Assembly: GCA_052327205.1 (NCBI GenBank)
Contig: CM126230.1
Coordinates: forward strand, 12,462,001 to 12,526,000
DNA from: Somniosus microcephalus
Lineage: Eukaryota
Direction: 5' to 3'
DNA length: 64,000 bases
The notes beneath the pieces are model-generated. The model did not search any database. It worked only from the letters and a program-made list of their open reading frames with translations, and was not told where the DNA came from. Position 1 is the stretch's first letter, and every line of letters starts with the position of its first letter. The translations under genes were made by a program, and so were the position numbers. Positions 52,365 to 63,504 of the stretch are shown here, in pieces.

Positions 52365-54786
52365 ATAAGAACATAAGAAATAGGAGCAGGAGTAGGCCAA
52401 TCGACCCCTCGAGCCTGCTCCGCCATTCAATAAGATCATGGCTGATCTGATCCTAACTGCCAATCCACTATCACAGAACCATCTCCTGAATCTAACAGAA
52501 TTAGACACAGGAAATAGGAGCAGGATCAGGCTACACGGCCCCTGGGCCCGCTCCGCTACCCACAGGGCCATGACCGATCCGAACCTAGACTCATGTCCAA
52601 ATTCCTGCCCGCTCCCCGTAACCCTTAATTCCCTTTACTTCTAGGAAACTGTCTATTTCTGTTTTAAATTTATGTAATGATGTAGCTTCTACAGCTTTTT
52701 GGGGCAACGTATTCCATGGACCTACCACCCTCTGAGTGAAGTAGTTCCTCCTCATCTCAGTTTTGAAAGAGCAGCTCCTTATTCTAAGACTATGCCCCCT
52801 AGTTCTAGTTTCACCCATCATCGGGAACATCTTCCCCGCATCCACCCGATCCAACCCCTTCACAATCTTATATGTTTCAATAAGATTGCCTCTCATTCTT
52901 CTGAACTCCAATGAGTAGAGTCCCAATCTACTCAACCTCTCCTCATATGTCCATCCCTTCATCCCTGGGATTAACCGAGTGAACCTTCTTTGTACTGACT
53001 CGAGAGCAAGTATGCCCTTTCTTAAGTATGGACACCAAAACTGTACGCAGTATTCCAGGTGCTGTCTCACCAATACCTTGTACAACTGAAGCAATACCTC
53101 CATATTTTTATATTCTATCCCCCTAGCAATGAAAGCCAACATTCCATTGGCCTTCTTAATTACTTGCTGCACCTGCATACTAACCTTTTGAGTTTCGTGC
53201 ACCAAGACCCCCAGATCCCTTTGTACTTCAGTACTTTCCAGTTTCTTGCCATTAAGATAATAACTTGCTCTACGATTTTTCATGCCAAAGTGCATAACCT
53301 CACACTTTCCAGTATTGTATTCCATCTGCCAAATCTCTGCCCACTTACTTAGCCTGTCTATGTCCCCTTGCAGGTTTTTTATGTCCTCCTCACTCACTAC
53401 TTTCCCTCCCATCTTAGTATCATCTGCAAACTTTGATATGTTACACTCGGTCCCCTCCTCCAAATCGTTACTATAGATTGTAAAGAGTTGGGGACCCAGC
53501 ACTGACCCCTGCGGAACACCACTAGTTACTGATTGCCAGTCTGAGAATGAACCATTTATCCCAACTCTCTGCCTTCTGTTAGATAGCCAATTCTCTATCC
53601 ATGCCAGAATATTACCCCCAATCCTGTGATTTTTTATCTTAAGCAATAATCTTTTGTGTGGCACCTTGTCAAATGCCTTTTGGAAGTCTAAATACATTAC
53701 GTCCACTGGTTCCCCTTTATCCACCCTATATGTTACTTCCTCAAAGAACTCCAGCAAATTTGTCAAACATGACTTCCCCTTCATAAAACCATGCTGACTT
53801 TGTCCTATTAAATTATGATTATCCAAATGTCCTGTTACTGTCTCCTTAATAATGGACTTCAAAATTTTACCTACCACAGATGTTAGGCTAACCGGTCTAT
53901 AGTTTACAGCCTTCTGTCTACTGCCCTTTTTAAATAAGGGTGTTACATTAGCAGTTTTCCAGTCTGCCGGGACCATTGCCGAGTCCAGGGAGTTTTGGAA
54001 AATTATTACCAATGCATCCACAATCCCTACCGCCACTTCCCTCAAGACCCTAGGATGTAAGCCATCGGGTCCAGGTGATTTATCCGCCTTGAGTCCCATT
54101 ATTTTACTGAGTACCACTTCCTTAGTGATTTTGATCATGTTTAGCTCCTCCCCCCTTTAGCCCCCTGTTTGTCCAGTGTTGGGATATTCTTAGTGTCTTC
54201 TACTGTAAAGACTGATATAAAATATTCATTCAGTGTTTTTGCCATCTCCATATTTCCCACCATTAATTTCCCGGTCTCATCCTCTAAGGGACCAACATTT
54301 ACTTTAGCCACCCTTTTTCTTTTTATATAACTATAAAAACTCTTACTATCTGTTTTTATATTTTTTGCTAATTTACTTTCATAATCTATCTTCCCTTTCT
54401 TAATCAATCTTTTTGTTATTTGTTGCTGTCTTTTAAAGTTTTCCCAATCCTCTATCCTCCCACTAGATTTGGCTACCTTATATGCCCTTGTTTTAAGTCG
54501 AATATTATCCTTAATTTCTTTACTTAGCCACGGATGGCTGTCTTTTCTTTTACACCCTTTTCTTCTCAGTGGAATATATATTTTTTTGGAAGTTGTAAAA
54601 TAACTCCTTAAATGTACACCACTGATCATGTATCGTCTTACCCTTTAATCTATTTTCCCAATCCACTCTACTCAATTCCGCTCTCATACCTTCATAGTCT
54701 CCTTTATTCAAGCTTAGCACGCTTGTTTGAGATCCAACCTTCTCACCCTCTAATTGAATATGGAATTCAACCATGTTATGGTCACT
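52365..54786 (-). mobile_element. 5'-truncated CR1 (family B) in the satellite
   Basis: ORF2 segments joined by frameshifts near 54140 and 54590; TSD CATTC (52360-52364, 54787-54791); (ACATAAGA)n tail. Confidence 0.96.
52591..54138 (-). pseudogene. CR1 ORF2 RT domain, 515-aa open segment
   Basis: KSPGPDG, QHGFMKGKSC, GVPQGSVLGP, FADD; the upstream part is frameshifted and the endonuclease largely missing. Confidence 0.88.
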
Positions 54787-56254
54787 CATTCGACAGGAAC
54801 ATAGGTAGACCACTCTACAGGAACACAGGTAGACCATTCTAATGGAACATAGGTAGACCATTCGACAGGAACATAGGTATACCATTCTAATGGAACATAG
54901 GTAGACCATTTGACAGGAACATAGGTAGACCATTCTACAGGAACACAGGTAGACCATTCTATAGTAACACAGGTAGTCCATTCTAATGGAACACATGTAG
55001 GCCAATCTACAGGAACACTGGTTGACCAATCTATAGGTCCTCAGGTGGACCATCCTATAGAAATACAGGTAGGCCATTCTACAGGAACATAGGCAGACAA
55101 TTCTACAGGAACACATGTAGAACATTCTACAGTTACACTGTTTGGCCATTCTCCATGAACACAGATAGAGCATTCCACAGGAAAACAGATAGACCATTCT
55201 CCAGGAACGCATGTTGACCAATTCCAAAGGAACTCAGGTAGACCATTCTGCAGGATCACAGATAGACCATTCTACCAGAACACAGGTAGAACATTCTGCA
55301 GGATCACAGATAGACCATCCTAAAGAAACACATAGTAGACCATTCTACAGGAGCAGAGATAGACCATTCTACAGGAATGCATGTTAACCAATTCCAAAGG
55401 AACTCAGGTAGACCATTCTACAGGAGCAAAGGTACATCATTCTGCAGGATCACAGGGGAATTTATAATGGGGAACAAAGAAATGGCAGACCAATTAAATA
55501 TATACTTTGGTTCTGTCTTCACAAAGGAGGACACAAATAACCTCCCAGAGATGTCGGGGAACATACGGTCTAATGAGAGGGAGGAATTAAATGAAATCAG
55601 TATATGTAGGGAAATGGTGTTAGGGAAATTAATGGGATTGAAGGCCGATAAATCCCCATGGCCTGATAATCTACATCCTAGGGTACTTAAGGAAGTGGCC
55701 CTAGAAATAGTAGTTGCATTGCTGGTCAACTTCCAAAATTCTATAGACTCTGGAACAGTTCCCATGGATTGGATGATAGCTAATGTTACCCCACTATTTA
55801 AAAAGGGTGGTAGAGAAAAAAATGGGGAATTATAGACCGGTAAGCCTGAAATCGGTAGTGGGGAAAATGCTAGAGTCCATTATAAAGGATGTAATAGCAG
55901 AGCACTTGGAAAACAGTGACAGGATTGGACAAAGTCAACATGGATTTACAAAAGGTAAATCATGCTGGTCTAATCTACTGGAATTTTTTGAGGATATAAC
56001 TGGTAGAATAGATAAGGGAGAACCAGTGGATGTGGTGTATTTGGACTTTCAGAAGGCTTTTGATAAGGTCCCGCATAAGAGATTAGCATGTAAGTTAAGG
56101 CACATGGGATTGGGGGTAAGGTACTGTCTTGGATAGAGAAGTGGTTGGCAGACAGGAAGCAAAGAGTTGGAATAAACGGATCTTTTTCCAAGTGGCAAGC
56201 AGTGACTAGTGGGGTACTGCAGGGATCGGTGCTAGGACCCCAGCTATTCACAAT

Positions 56255-57009
56255 GGCGCAGAAATTCAGGTCGGAGGCTTCCCGCGGGTGCAAACATCCG
56301 ACCTAGCGCACTGGCCATTGTGTTGTGGGCCCGCGTGGGATTCCGATCCTGGGCCTGCTCCAACTGCCGGCGCGCAGTGCTTGCGTATCCCAGGGGCGCA
56401 GTTAGTTTGATGTGACCCCTGAGATCATGTGGGCCATGGAGAGCCAATGGTAGCAGGGAATCTGTATTCATAGATTTGACAGGAAGACCTGTCAAATCTA
56501 TGAATACAATTCAGCCCCAAAACATCAGTAAAACTTCAAATAAATTTTTTTTAAATCACATTTTTAAAATAACTATAAATTACATAAAATAACTATTTTA
56601 AACAATAATTTAAATTTTTGAAAGAATTAAATACAGTTTCTAACAGGGTTAAAAATAAACTTACCTTTCTTTAAAGTATTTAAAAATAGTAAACCTGTGG
56701 AAAAAATGTTTTAATTTTACTTAATTCACCACTTATCTTGTTAAAAGCAGGCCTTGCAACTACTTTTTATAAGCGTAGCTGCTGGAGACTTACCCTCCTG
56801 GAAAAACCTGCAAAAAAACGGAAGTTCCAGGCGTACGCGCTGCCTCTCTGGTGCACGTGTTCGACCTGTGAACCCCTTCCTTTAAGGGAACGGAAGTTCT
56901 GGTTTCCCACGCATGCACAGTGCATGCACGAAACCGGCACTTTCGTTGGGCCTACGCATGAGTACCCAGCGCGTACTCACGCGTGGGGACCAGAAGTTCT
57001 GGCCCATTT
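56255..57009. mobile_element. Non-autonomous DNA element of uncertain superfamily, ~755 bp
   Basis: Interrupts the CR1 at TTCACAAT; imperfect TIRs AATGGCGCAGAAATT / AAGTTCTGGCCCATT; apparent AAT duplication; internal hairpins and an AT-rich core. Confidence 0.75.
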
Positions 57010-57019
57010 AATATATATA

Positions 57020-57684
57020 CAGGTAGACTATCCTTTATCCAAAAACCTCGGGACCAGCTGTGTTTCGGTTTTCGGAGAATTTCGGATTTCGGAAGGTGGG
57101 TCGGCGGGGGTCCGCGGGGGGGGTCGGCAGGGGTCGGGGCGGGCGGGGGTCCGCGGGGGTCGGGGCCGGCGGGGGTCGGCGGGGGGGGTCGGCAGGGGGG
57201 TCGGGGCCGGCGGGGTCCGCGGGGGGCGGGGGGGTCGGTGGGGGGTCGTGCGCACGACTTACGCTGACGCTCAGCGTAAGTCGGTGGGGGCCGGGGTCGG
57301 CGAGGGTCCGCGGGGGGGTCTGCGGGGGGGTCGGGGTCGGCGGGGGGGTCCGCGGGGGTCCGCGGGGGGGTCCGCGGGGGTCGTGCGCACGACTTATGCT
57401 GACGCTCAGCGTTAATCGGTGGGGGTCGGGGTCAGCGGGGGTCCGCGGGGGGGGTCGGCGGGGGTCGGGGTCGGCGGGGGGGTCGGCGGGGGTCCGCGGG
57501 GGTTCCGTGGGGGGTCGTGCGCACGACTTACCCTTTATCCGAACTTCCGAAACCGAAACCCTCTAAAAACCGAAGGTTTTTTCGTTCAGCGTAAGTCGTG
57601 CGCACGACTTACGCTGAACGAAAAAACCTTCGGTTTTTAGAGGGTTTCGGTTTTCGGAAGTTCGGATAAAGGGTAGTCTACCTG
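57020..57684. mobile_element. MITE (Tc1/mariner-pogo type) with G-rich internal repeats and a terminal fold-back
   Basis: 21-bp TIRs CAGGTAGACTA[T/C]CCTTTATCC with 1 mismatch; TA TSD; subterminal TTTCGG repeats. Confidence 0.92.
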
Positions 57685-59169
57685 TAAATGATCTAGACAA
57701 GGGAACTAGATGTAAAATCTCAAAGTTTGCAGACGACACAAAGCTGGGTGGGCATGTGTGCTGTGAGGAGGAAGCCGAGAAACTCCAATATGATTTGGAC
57801 AGGTTGGGTGATTGGGCAGATGCATGGCAAATGCAGTATAATGTGGATAAATGCGAGGTTATCCACATCGGTGGCAAAAACAGGAAGACAGATTATTATC
57901 TGAATGGCAATAGATTGGGAAAAGGGGAAGTGCAATGAGACTTGGGTGTCCTTGTGCACCAGTCGCTGAAGGTAAGCATGCAAGTGCAGCAGGCGGTTAA
58001 GAAGGCAAATGGTATATAGGTCTTCATAGCGAGAGGATTCGAGTACAGGAGCAAGGATGTCTTGCTGCAGTTGTAGAGGGCCTTGGTGAGACCACACCTT
58101 GAGTATTGTGTGCAGTTTTGGTCGCCTTATCTGAGGAAGGATGTTCTTGCCATGGAGAGAGTGCAGCGAAGATTCACCAGACTGATACCTGGGATGGCAG
58201 GAATGATGTATGAGGAGAGACTGGGTCATTTAGGCTTATATTCACTCGAGTTTAGAAGAATGAGAGGGGATCTCATTGAAACTTATAAAATTCTAACAGG
58301 ACTAGACAGACTAGATGCAGGAAGGATGTTCCCGATGGCAGGGGAGTCCAGAACTAGGGGTCACAGTATATAAGGATAAAGGGTAAGCCATTTAGGACTG
58401 AGATGAGGAGGAATTTCTTCACCCAGAGAGTGGTGAACCTGTGGAATTCTTTGCCACACAGGGCAGTTGAGGCCAATTCATTAAATATATTCAAGAAGGA
58501 GTTGGATATATTTCTTAAGGCTAAAGGGATCAAGGGATACGGGAAGAAACCAGGGACAGGGTACTGAATTTGGATGATCAGCCATGATTTCATTAAATGG
58601 TGGAGCGGGCTCGAGGGGCCAAATGGCCCACTCCTGCTCCTATCTTCTATCACAGATAGACCATCCTAATGAAACACAATGTAGACCATTCTACAGGAAC
58701 ACAGGTTTACCCTTCTACAGGAACACAAATATACCATTTTACAGGAACACAGGTTTATACGTCTACAGGAACACCAATATACCATTCTACAGGAACACAG
58801 GTTTACCCTTCTACAGGAACACAAATATACCATTCTACAGGAACAAAGGTAGACCATTCTACAGGAAAACATGTTGACCATTCCACAGGAACACAGGTAG
58901 ACAATTCTACAGGAACAGAGGTAGACCATTCTACAGGAACACAGGTAGACAATTCTACAGGAACACAGGTAGACCATTCTACAGGAACACAGGTAGACCA
59001 TTCTACAGGAACACAGGTAGACCATTCTACAGGAACACAGGTGGACCATTCTATTTGAGTTCATATCTGCTGGTAAGGAATGATCACCATTGTTGTTCGC
59101 CATGGCACCTCTATCTTTCTCATCCCTACTCCCTCCCATTTTGCCCTATCCGTTAATATCCTTACTTCT

Positions 59170-59440
59170 CAAGTAAGTTTCTAACTCCCTTTTATCTTTT
59201 CATTTGTGGCTGTCTGGGCCAGTGAATTCTACATTGTCTCAATCCATTGTATGAAGAAGATTTTCCTGAATTAACTTTTAACTGACTTATTTTGAATTCT
59301 AAGGTGATGTCATCTTGTTCTGGAGTTCCCAGTTACAACAACAACAACAACAATAATAATATTGCGCCTTTAATGTAGTATTAGAGGAAAGAGTCGTTGA
59401 TAACCTACCCTGTCAATTCCCTTCATTATTTAAAAAACCT
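59170..59440 (-). mobile_element. Old CR1 3' fragment
   Basis: Degenerate match to the CR1 RT C-terminus (ACCCTGTCAATTCCCTTCATTATTTAAAA, GAAGAAGATTTTCCTG). Confidence 0.55.
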
Positions 59441-59549
59441 TTTTGTGTCTGGAGGAAACACTCCTGCTCCTCCTAACCCACAAGCTGTGCTGTAAATGTT
59501 CTTACCTCATGGATCCTGCTCTTCTCACCTCCTCTTCACTGCTTGGATA

Positions 59550-60275
59550 GTCTAAATGGGGTAGGGGAGCTGAGGTATCTAGGGGTACAGATACACAAAT
59601 CACTAAAAGTAGCGATACAGGTTAAGAAGGCCACAAAAAAAGCAAACAAAGCACTGGAGTTCATTTCTAGAGGGATAGAATTGAAAAGCAGAAAAGTGAT
59701 GTTAAACTTGTATAGACGTTGGTTAGACCACACTTGGAATACTGTGCACAGTTGTGGTCTCCATATTATAAAAAGGATGTATAGAGTCATTGGAGGAGGT
59801 GCAAAAAAAATCACAATGATGATACCAGAACTGAGAAGTTCTAACTATCAGGAAAGACTAACTGGCTAGGACTCTTTTCTCTAGCAAGGAGAAGGCTGAG
59901 GGTTGACCTGATAGAGGTCTTTAAGGTAATGGAAGGGATTGATAGGGTAGAAAATGTTTCCACTTGTGGGGGAGACCAAAACTAGAGGCCATGAATATGA
60001 GACAGTCACTAATAAATCCAATAGGTAATTCAGGAGAAACTTCTTCACCCAAAGAGTGGTAAGAATGTGGAACTCGCTACCACAAGGAGTAGTTGAGGTG
60101 AATAGTATAGAAGCATTTAAGGGGAAGCTAGAGAAACACATGAGGGAGAAAGGAATAGAAGGATATGTTGATAGGGTTCGATGAAGAGGGACGGGAGGAG
60201 GCTCGTGTGGAGCAGAAACACCAGCATGGGCCAGTTGGGCCGAATGGCGTGTTTCGATGTAACTTGATGTAATTT
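59550..60275 (+). mobile_element. Decayed CR1 3' fragment
   Basis: YLGVQIHKSLKVAIQVKKATKKANKALEFISRGIELKS; CR1 tail. Confidence 0.88.
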
Positions 60276-60574
60276 ATTTACGGCAGCACATGCAACAAAA
60301 ACCAGTCCGGGTACAAAACATTGCTCATGCTCATCCTGCAGAGCTGAGGGAGAAGGTTTCAGGCAAGGCAGACAGGTTCCCACCTAAAAACCGAGGCACA
60401 GACTTATATCCCTCTCTGCCTCGCTCTGGCCTGCCTCTCTCCCAAGCCGTATCCCTGTTTCAGCCAATGAAATGATTCCAGCGCCCTGGGCTCAGAACTA
60501 ATTGTCTGGAGCCAGTTTCAGCAGGAGCCTGTTTAAAGCAGCACAACCTTCCGGGGAAAGGGAGAGGGAACTTT

Positions 60575-60930
60575 AGCGCAGTACTGAGGGAGGGCTGCAC
60601 TGTTGGAGGTGCCATCTTTCTGATAAGATGTTAAACTGAGGCCCTGGCTGCCCCCTCAGGTGGGCATAAAAGATCCCGTGGCACTATTCTAAGAAGTGCA
60701 AAGGAATTCTCCCCAGTGTCCTGGCCAATATTTGTCCCTCAGCCAACATCACTTAAATAGATGATCAGGTCATTTTTCACATTGCTGTTTGTAGGAGCTT
60801 GCTGTGTGCATATTGGCTGGCTTGTTTCCCACATTACAAAATGTAATTTTCAAAAATTTGCTGTAAAGCACTTTGGAGCTGCCTGAGGGATGCACGAAGC
60901 TATATAAATGCAAGTTCCTTCTTTCTTTCT
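60575..60930 (+). mobile_element. Deu-domain SINE (SacSINE1-like)
   Basis: Reverse complement of the SINEs at 13.0 and 14.2 kb; ends GCTATATAAATGCAAGTTCCTTCTTTC. Confidence 0.82.
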
Positions 60931-61276
60931 AATTTCTGGATATGTTTGTGATTTTTAAGTGTTTGTTATGTGATTCGTTTAATATTTAGGGTTACATAGT
61001 TGGATGGATGTGCATCGTAAAATTATTTTGCTTGACTATGATTGGGTAGAATTATTTTCTGGTGGAATGTGATGCGGGAGAAAATTGAAAGTGGGCAGAA
61101 AGGCTTTATGCAATATGATTGGTGCATAGAGGAAATCCATAATAACCAACTGGTAAAGAGAAAATCACAGGCTTAACATTTAACCCAATCAGGAAAAAGG
61201 GAGTTTACTATTGATTCAATCAGAATTTATATTGCAGCTTGATATCCATGACAGAAATAGGACGTTTTATTTTAAA

Positions 61277-61336
61277 GATAGATAGACAGATAGATAGATA
61301 GATAGATAGGTAGATAGATAGATAGATAGATGGATG
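61277..61336. repeat. (GATA)n microsatellite
   Basis: Direct reading. Confidence 0.95.
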
Positions 61337-62027
61337 GAGTACATATGTTCTTAGTGTGGGTGTTTTTATGCCGAAGTCATGCATCAGTAGATAGACCTGT
61401 CCAGTTTATTCAGTGATTCAGAGGAAATCCACATCCCCAGCTGCTGTGTGAATGTGTCTTCTCTTTCTTGGCTTAGTTCATCTACAATTTGCAAGTGAAA
61501 TGTCCTGCTGAGCTCTGGTGAAACAGCCACGCAATTAACCCTTTCCTGGCCTGTCCCAGCAGTACCCCTGAGGCTCTCTGTACAGTGTTCAGTGCTGCCT
61601 GAACATTATGCGAGGAACTGGCTCCAGTTTTTATTTGCATATTATTTTTAGAATTTTACTAAATTTCCATTAATTTATTTCTCTCTGTGTATTTCATTTA
61701 GATAACAAACCGACGCAGCGATGCAAACAGAAGTGTTGATTAATCAAGTGGGCCTTTGGTTGAATTCTAAATGTGGGTTTTGCTGGTGATGCCAATTCTC
61801 TCTCCTCCTCTCCTGAAGGTTTGATTCTTGCTGGTGGAGTTGCACAGAAATACACATGCCCTTCAATACCTTGCGCAAGTGGCCATTTCTTTGTATGCTA
61901 GTCTATACAGAGAGTGTTGGCCGGCAACTCGTCTATGGGGCAAGTCAGGTGGACCTGAACGTGTCCTAACCCAATGCCTAACATACCTAGATTTTCCATC
62001 TGGGGTTGCTGCATAATAATCAAGGCA

Positions 62028-62400
62028 AAAACATAGAAACTAGGAGCAGGAGTAGGCCGTTCGAGCCTGCTCTGCCATTCAACGAGATCATGGCTGATCA
62101 TCCAAACCCTAGCACCCGGTCCCTACACCGACAGCCATCCCACCCAAGCCCTATCCCCGTAACCCCGTAACCCCACATATTTAATCCCCCCTAACACTAA
62201 GGGCCAATTTTTTTTATCATGGCCAATCAACCTAACCCACACATCTTTGGACTGTGGGAGGAAACCGGAGCACCTGGATGAAACCCATGCTAACATGGGG
62301 AGAATATGCAAACTCCACACAGACAGTCACCCGAGGCCGGATTTGAACCCGGGTCCCTGGTGCTGTGAGGCAACAGTGCTAACCACTATGCCACCGTGCT
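62028..62400 (-). mobile_element. HE1-type V-SINE (62110-62400) abutting a CR1 3' tail (62028-62104)
   Basis: Closely similar to 20648-20967; the CR1 tail begins ACATAGAAAC. Confidence 0.86.
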
Positions 62401-62577
62401 GCACTTGGCTTCTGTCTCCTCTACCCAACTCAGGGCTGCTGAATCCAACACCACAGGTCTGAAATCCAACCCAGAACTTTTTAACCAGTTTAGCTCGGTA
62501 GTACAGCCAGACCTCCACCTAGAAGGCAACTGTAAGACTGATGAATGGTCATTATCAGGAAATCAAATAGACCGGGA

Positions 62578-62727
62578 ATAAAACTGAGATTGATAGATTT
62601 TTGTTAGGCAAGGGTATTAAGGGAGATGGAACAAAGGCAGGTAAATGGAGTTGAGATACAGATCAGCCATAATCTAATTGAATGGTGGAGCAGGCTCGAG
62701 GGGCTGAATGGCCTCCTCCTGTTCCTC
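62578..62727 (+). mobile_element. CR1 3' tail
   Basis: AAAACTGAGATTGATAGATT...GGAGCAGGCTCGAGGGGCTGAATGGCCTCCTCCTGTTCC. Confidence 0.85.
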
Positions 62728-63504
62728 TGACCATGGCGCTCAACAGCAGTGTAAGTAGGTGGAAGCTCATTCCTCAGCCCCCTGTCAGTCACAGATCTCA
62801 CTGGAGCAGCACAGGACGCTTCCTTCAGCAGCCAGGAACTGCTGCACGAGGGACGGGAGATAAAGGAGATGGGCACGAAGAAAAGAACAGGAAATAGAGG
62901 GCAAGGCAACCCAAAATAAACATTGAGATTTGATGCAAAGTGCTTCAATGGGTTTGCATTTAGCATGTCTTCTAATTGGCTATTGTTTTAATTAGAATAA
63001 TTATACAATCAAATTAGTTTTTTCTTACAGGGAGAGAGAAGAAGGCACACATGCAATCGTTCTTTTCTATTAGAAATTTAAAACAGCTAAGAACTCTTTA
63101 TTGATACGGATTCTGCAAATGTGATCATGCTGTACATGAATACATTGTTCCTAATTACATCAGTTATGTGTAATGATATTGGCTGCAAGGATTCTCATCC
63201 ACTGGCATATCAACAAAACCTGATGGCACAACGGCTTTACACTTCAGCACACATGATTAGATACACGATTTGTTATAAATAAGATTATTATAATTAACGT
63301 GTCATGCACAACTCTTGAATATTCACTTGTTGGTGTACCGTGTCCTGTGATGTACTTGGCTCAGCCCCACAGTGCCCCACAATAGATGAGGCAATTCTAC
63401 ACTTTAGGACTACTTTCTGAAAGTCTCATTTGTGATGCAATTCATTTGAGAGAGATTTTCAAATGATTTCAGTGCAATTTATAAATAGAATGATAAATGC
63501 AAGT

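Larger units (their letters stand above)
55456..58648 (+). mobile_element. 5'-truncated, decayed CR1 (family A) in the satellite, carrying two nested DNA elements
   Basis: TSD ATCACAG (55449-55455, 58649-58655); RT fragments at 55456-56254 and 57685-58570. Confidence 0.94.
30564..59053. repeat. 24-bp satellite/minisatellite, consensus TACAGGAACACAGGTAGACCATTC, about 870 units after removing insertions
   Basis: 8-codon periodicity in all ORFs (STGTQVDH / RPFYRNTG / MVYLCSCR); direct reading. Confidence 0.97.

Noticed and set aside
52591-54786. Autonomous, active CR1 LINE
   Set aside because: 5'-truncated (no ORF1, most of the endonuclease missing) and frameshifted. The 33970-35496 copy also lacks a catalytic Asp.
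57240-57610. CRISPR-like palindromic repeats with spacers
   Set aside because: The spacers are low-complexity G-runs related to each other, and the whole lies within MITE TIRs.
30567-59053. CRISPR-like array (TCTAC...GTAGA recalls the Cas12a repeat stem)
   Set aside because: Units are head-to-tail with no unique spacers, there are no cas genes, and the context is vertebrate.
30477-59139. Mucin/adhesin-like repeat protein (STGTQVDH)n or Cys-rich (MVYLCSCR)n ORFs
   Set aside because: The 24-bp unit is stop-free by chance. CAG>TAG and TAA variants recur freely, there are frameshifting indels and four internal LINE insertions, and no splice or start context.
63005-63120. Possible exon after TTTTTCTTACAG
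   Set aside because: A good acceptor, but no convincing open frame, donor or recognisable peptide.
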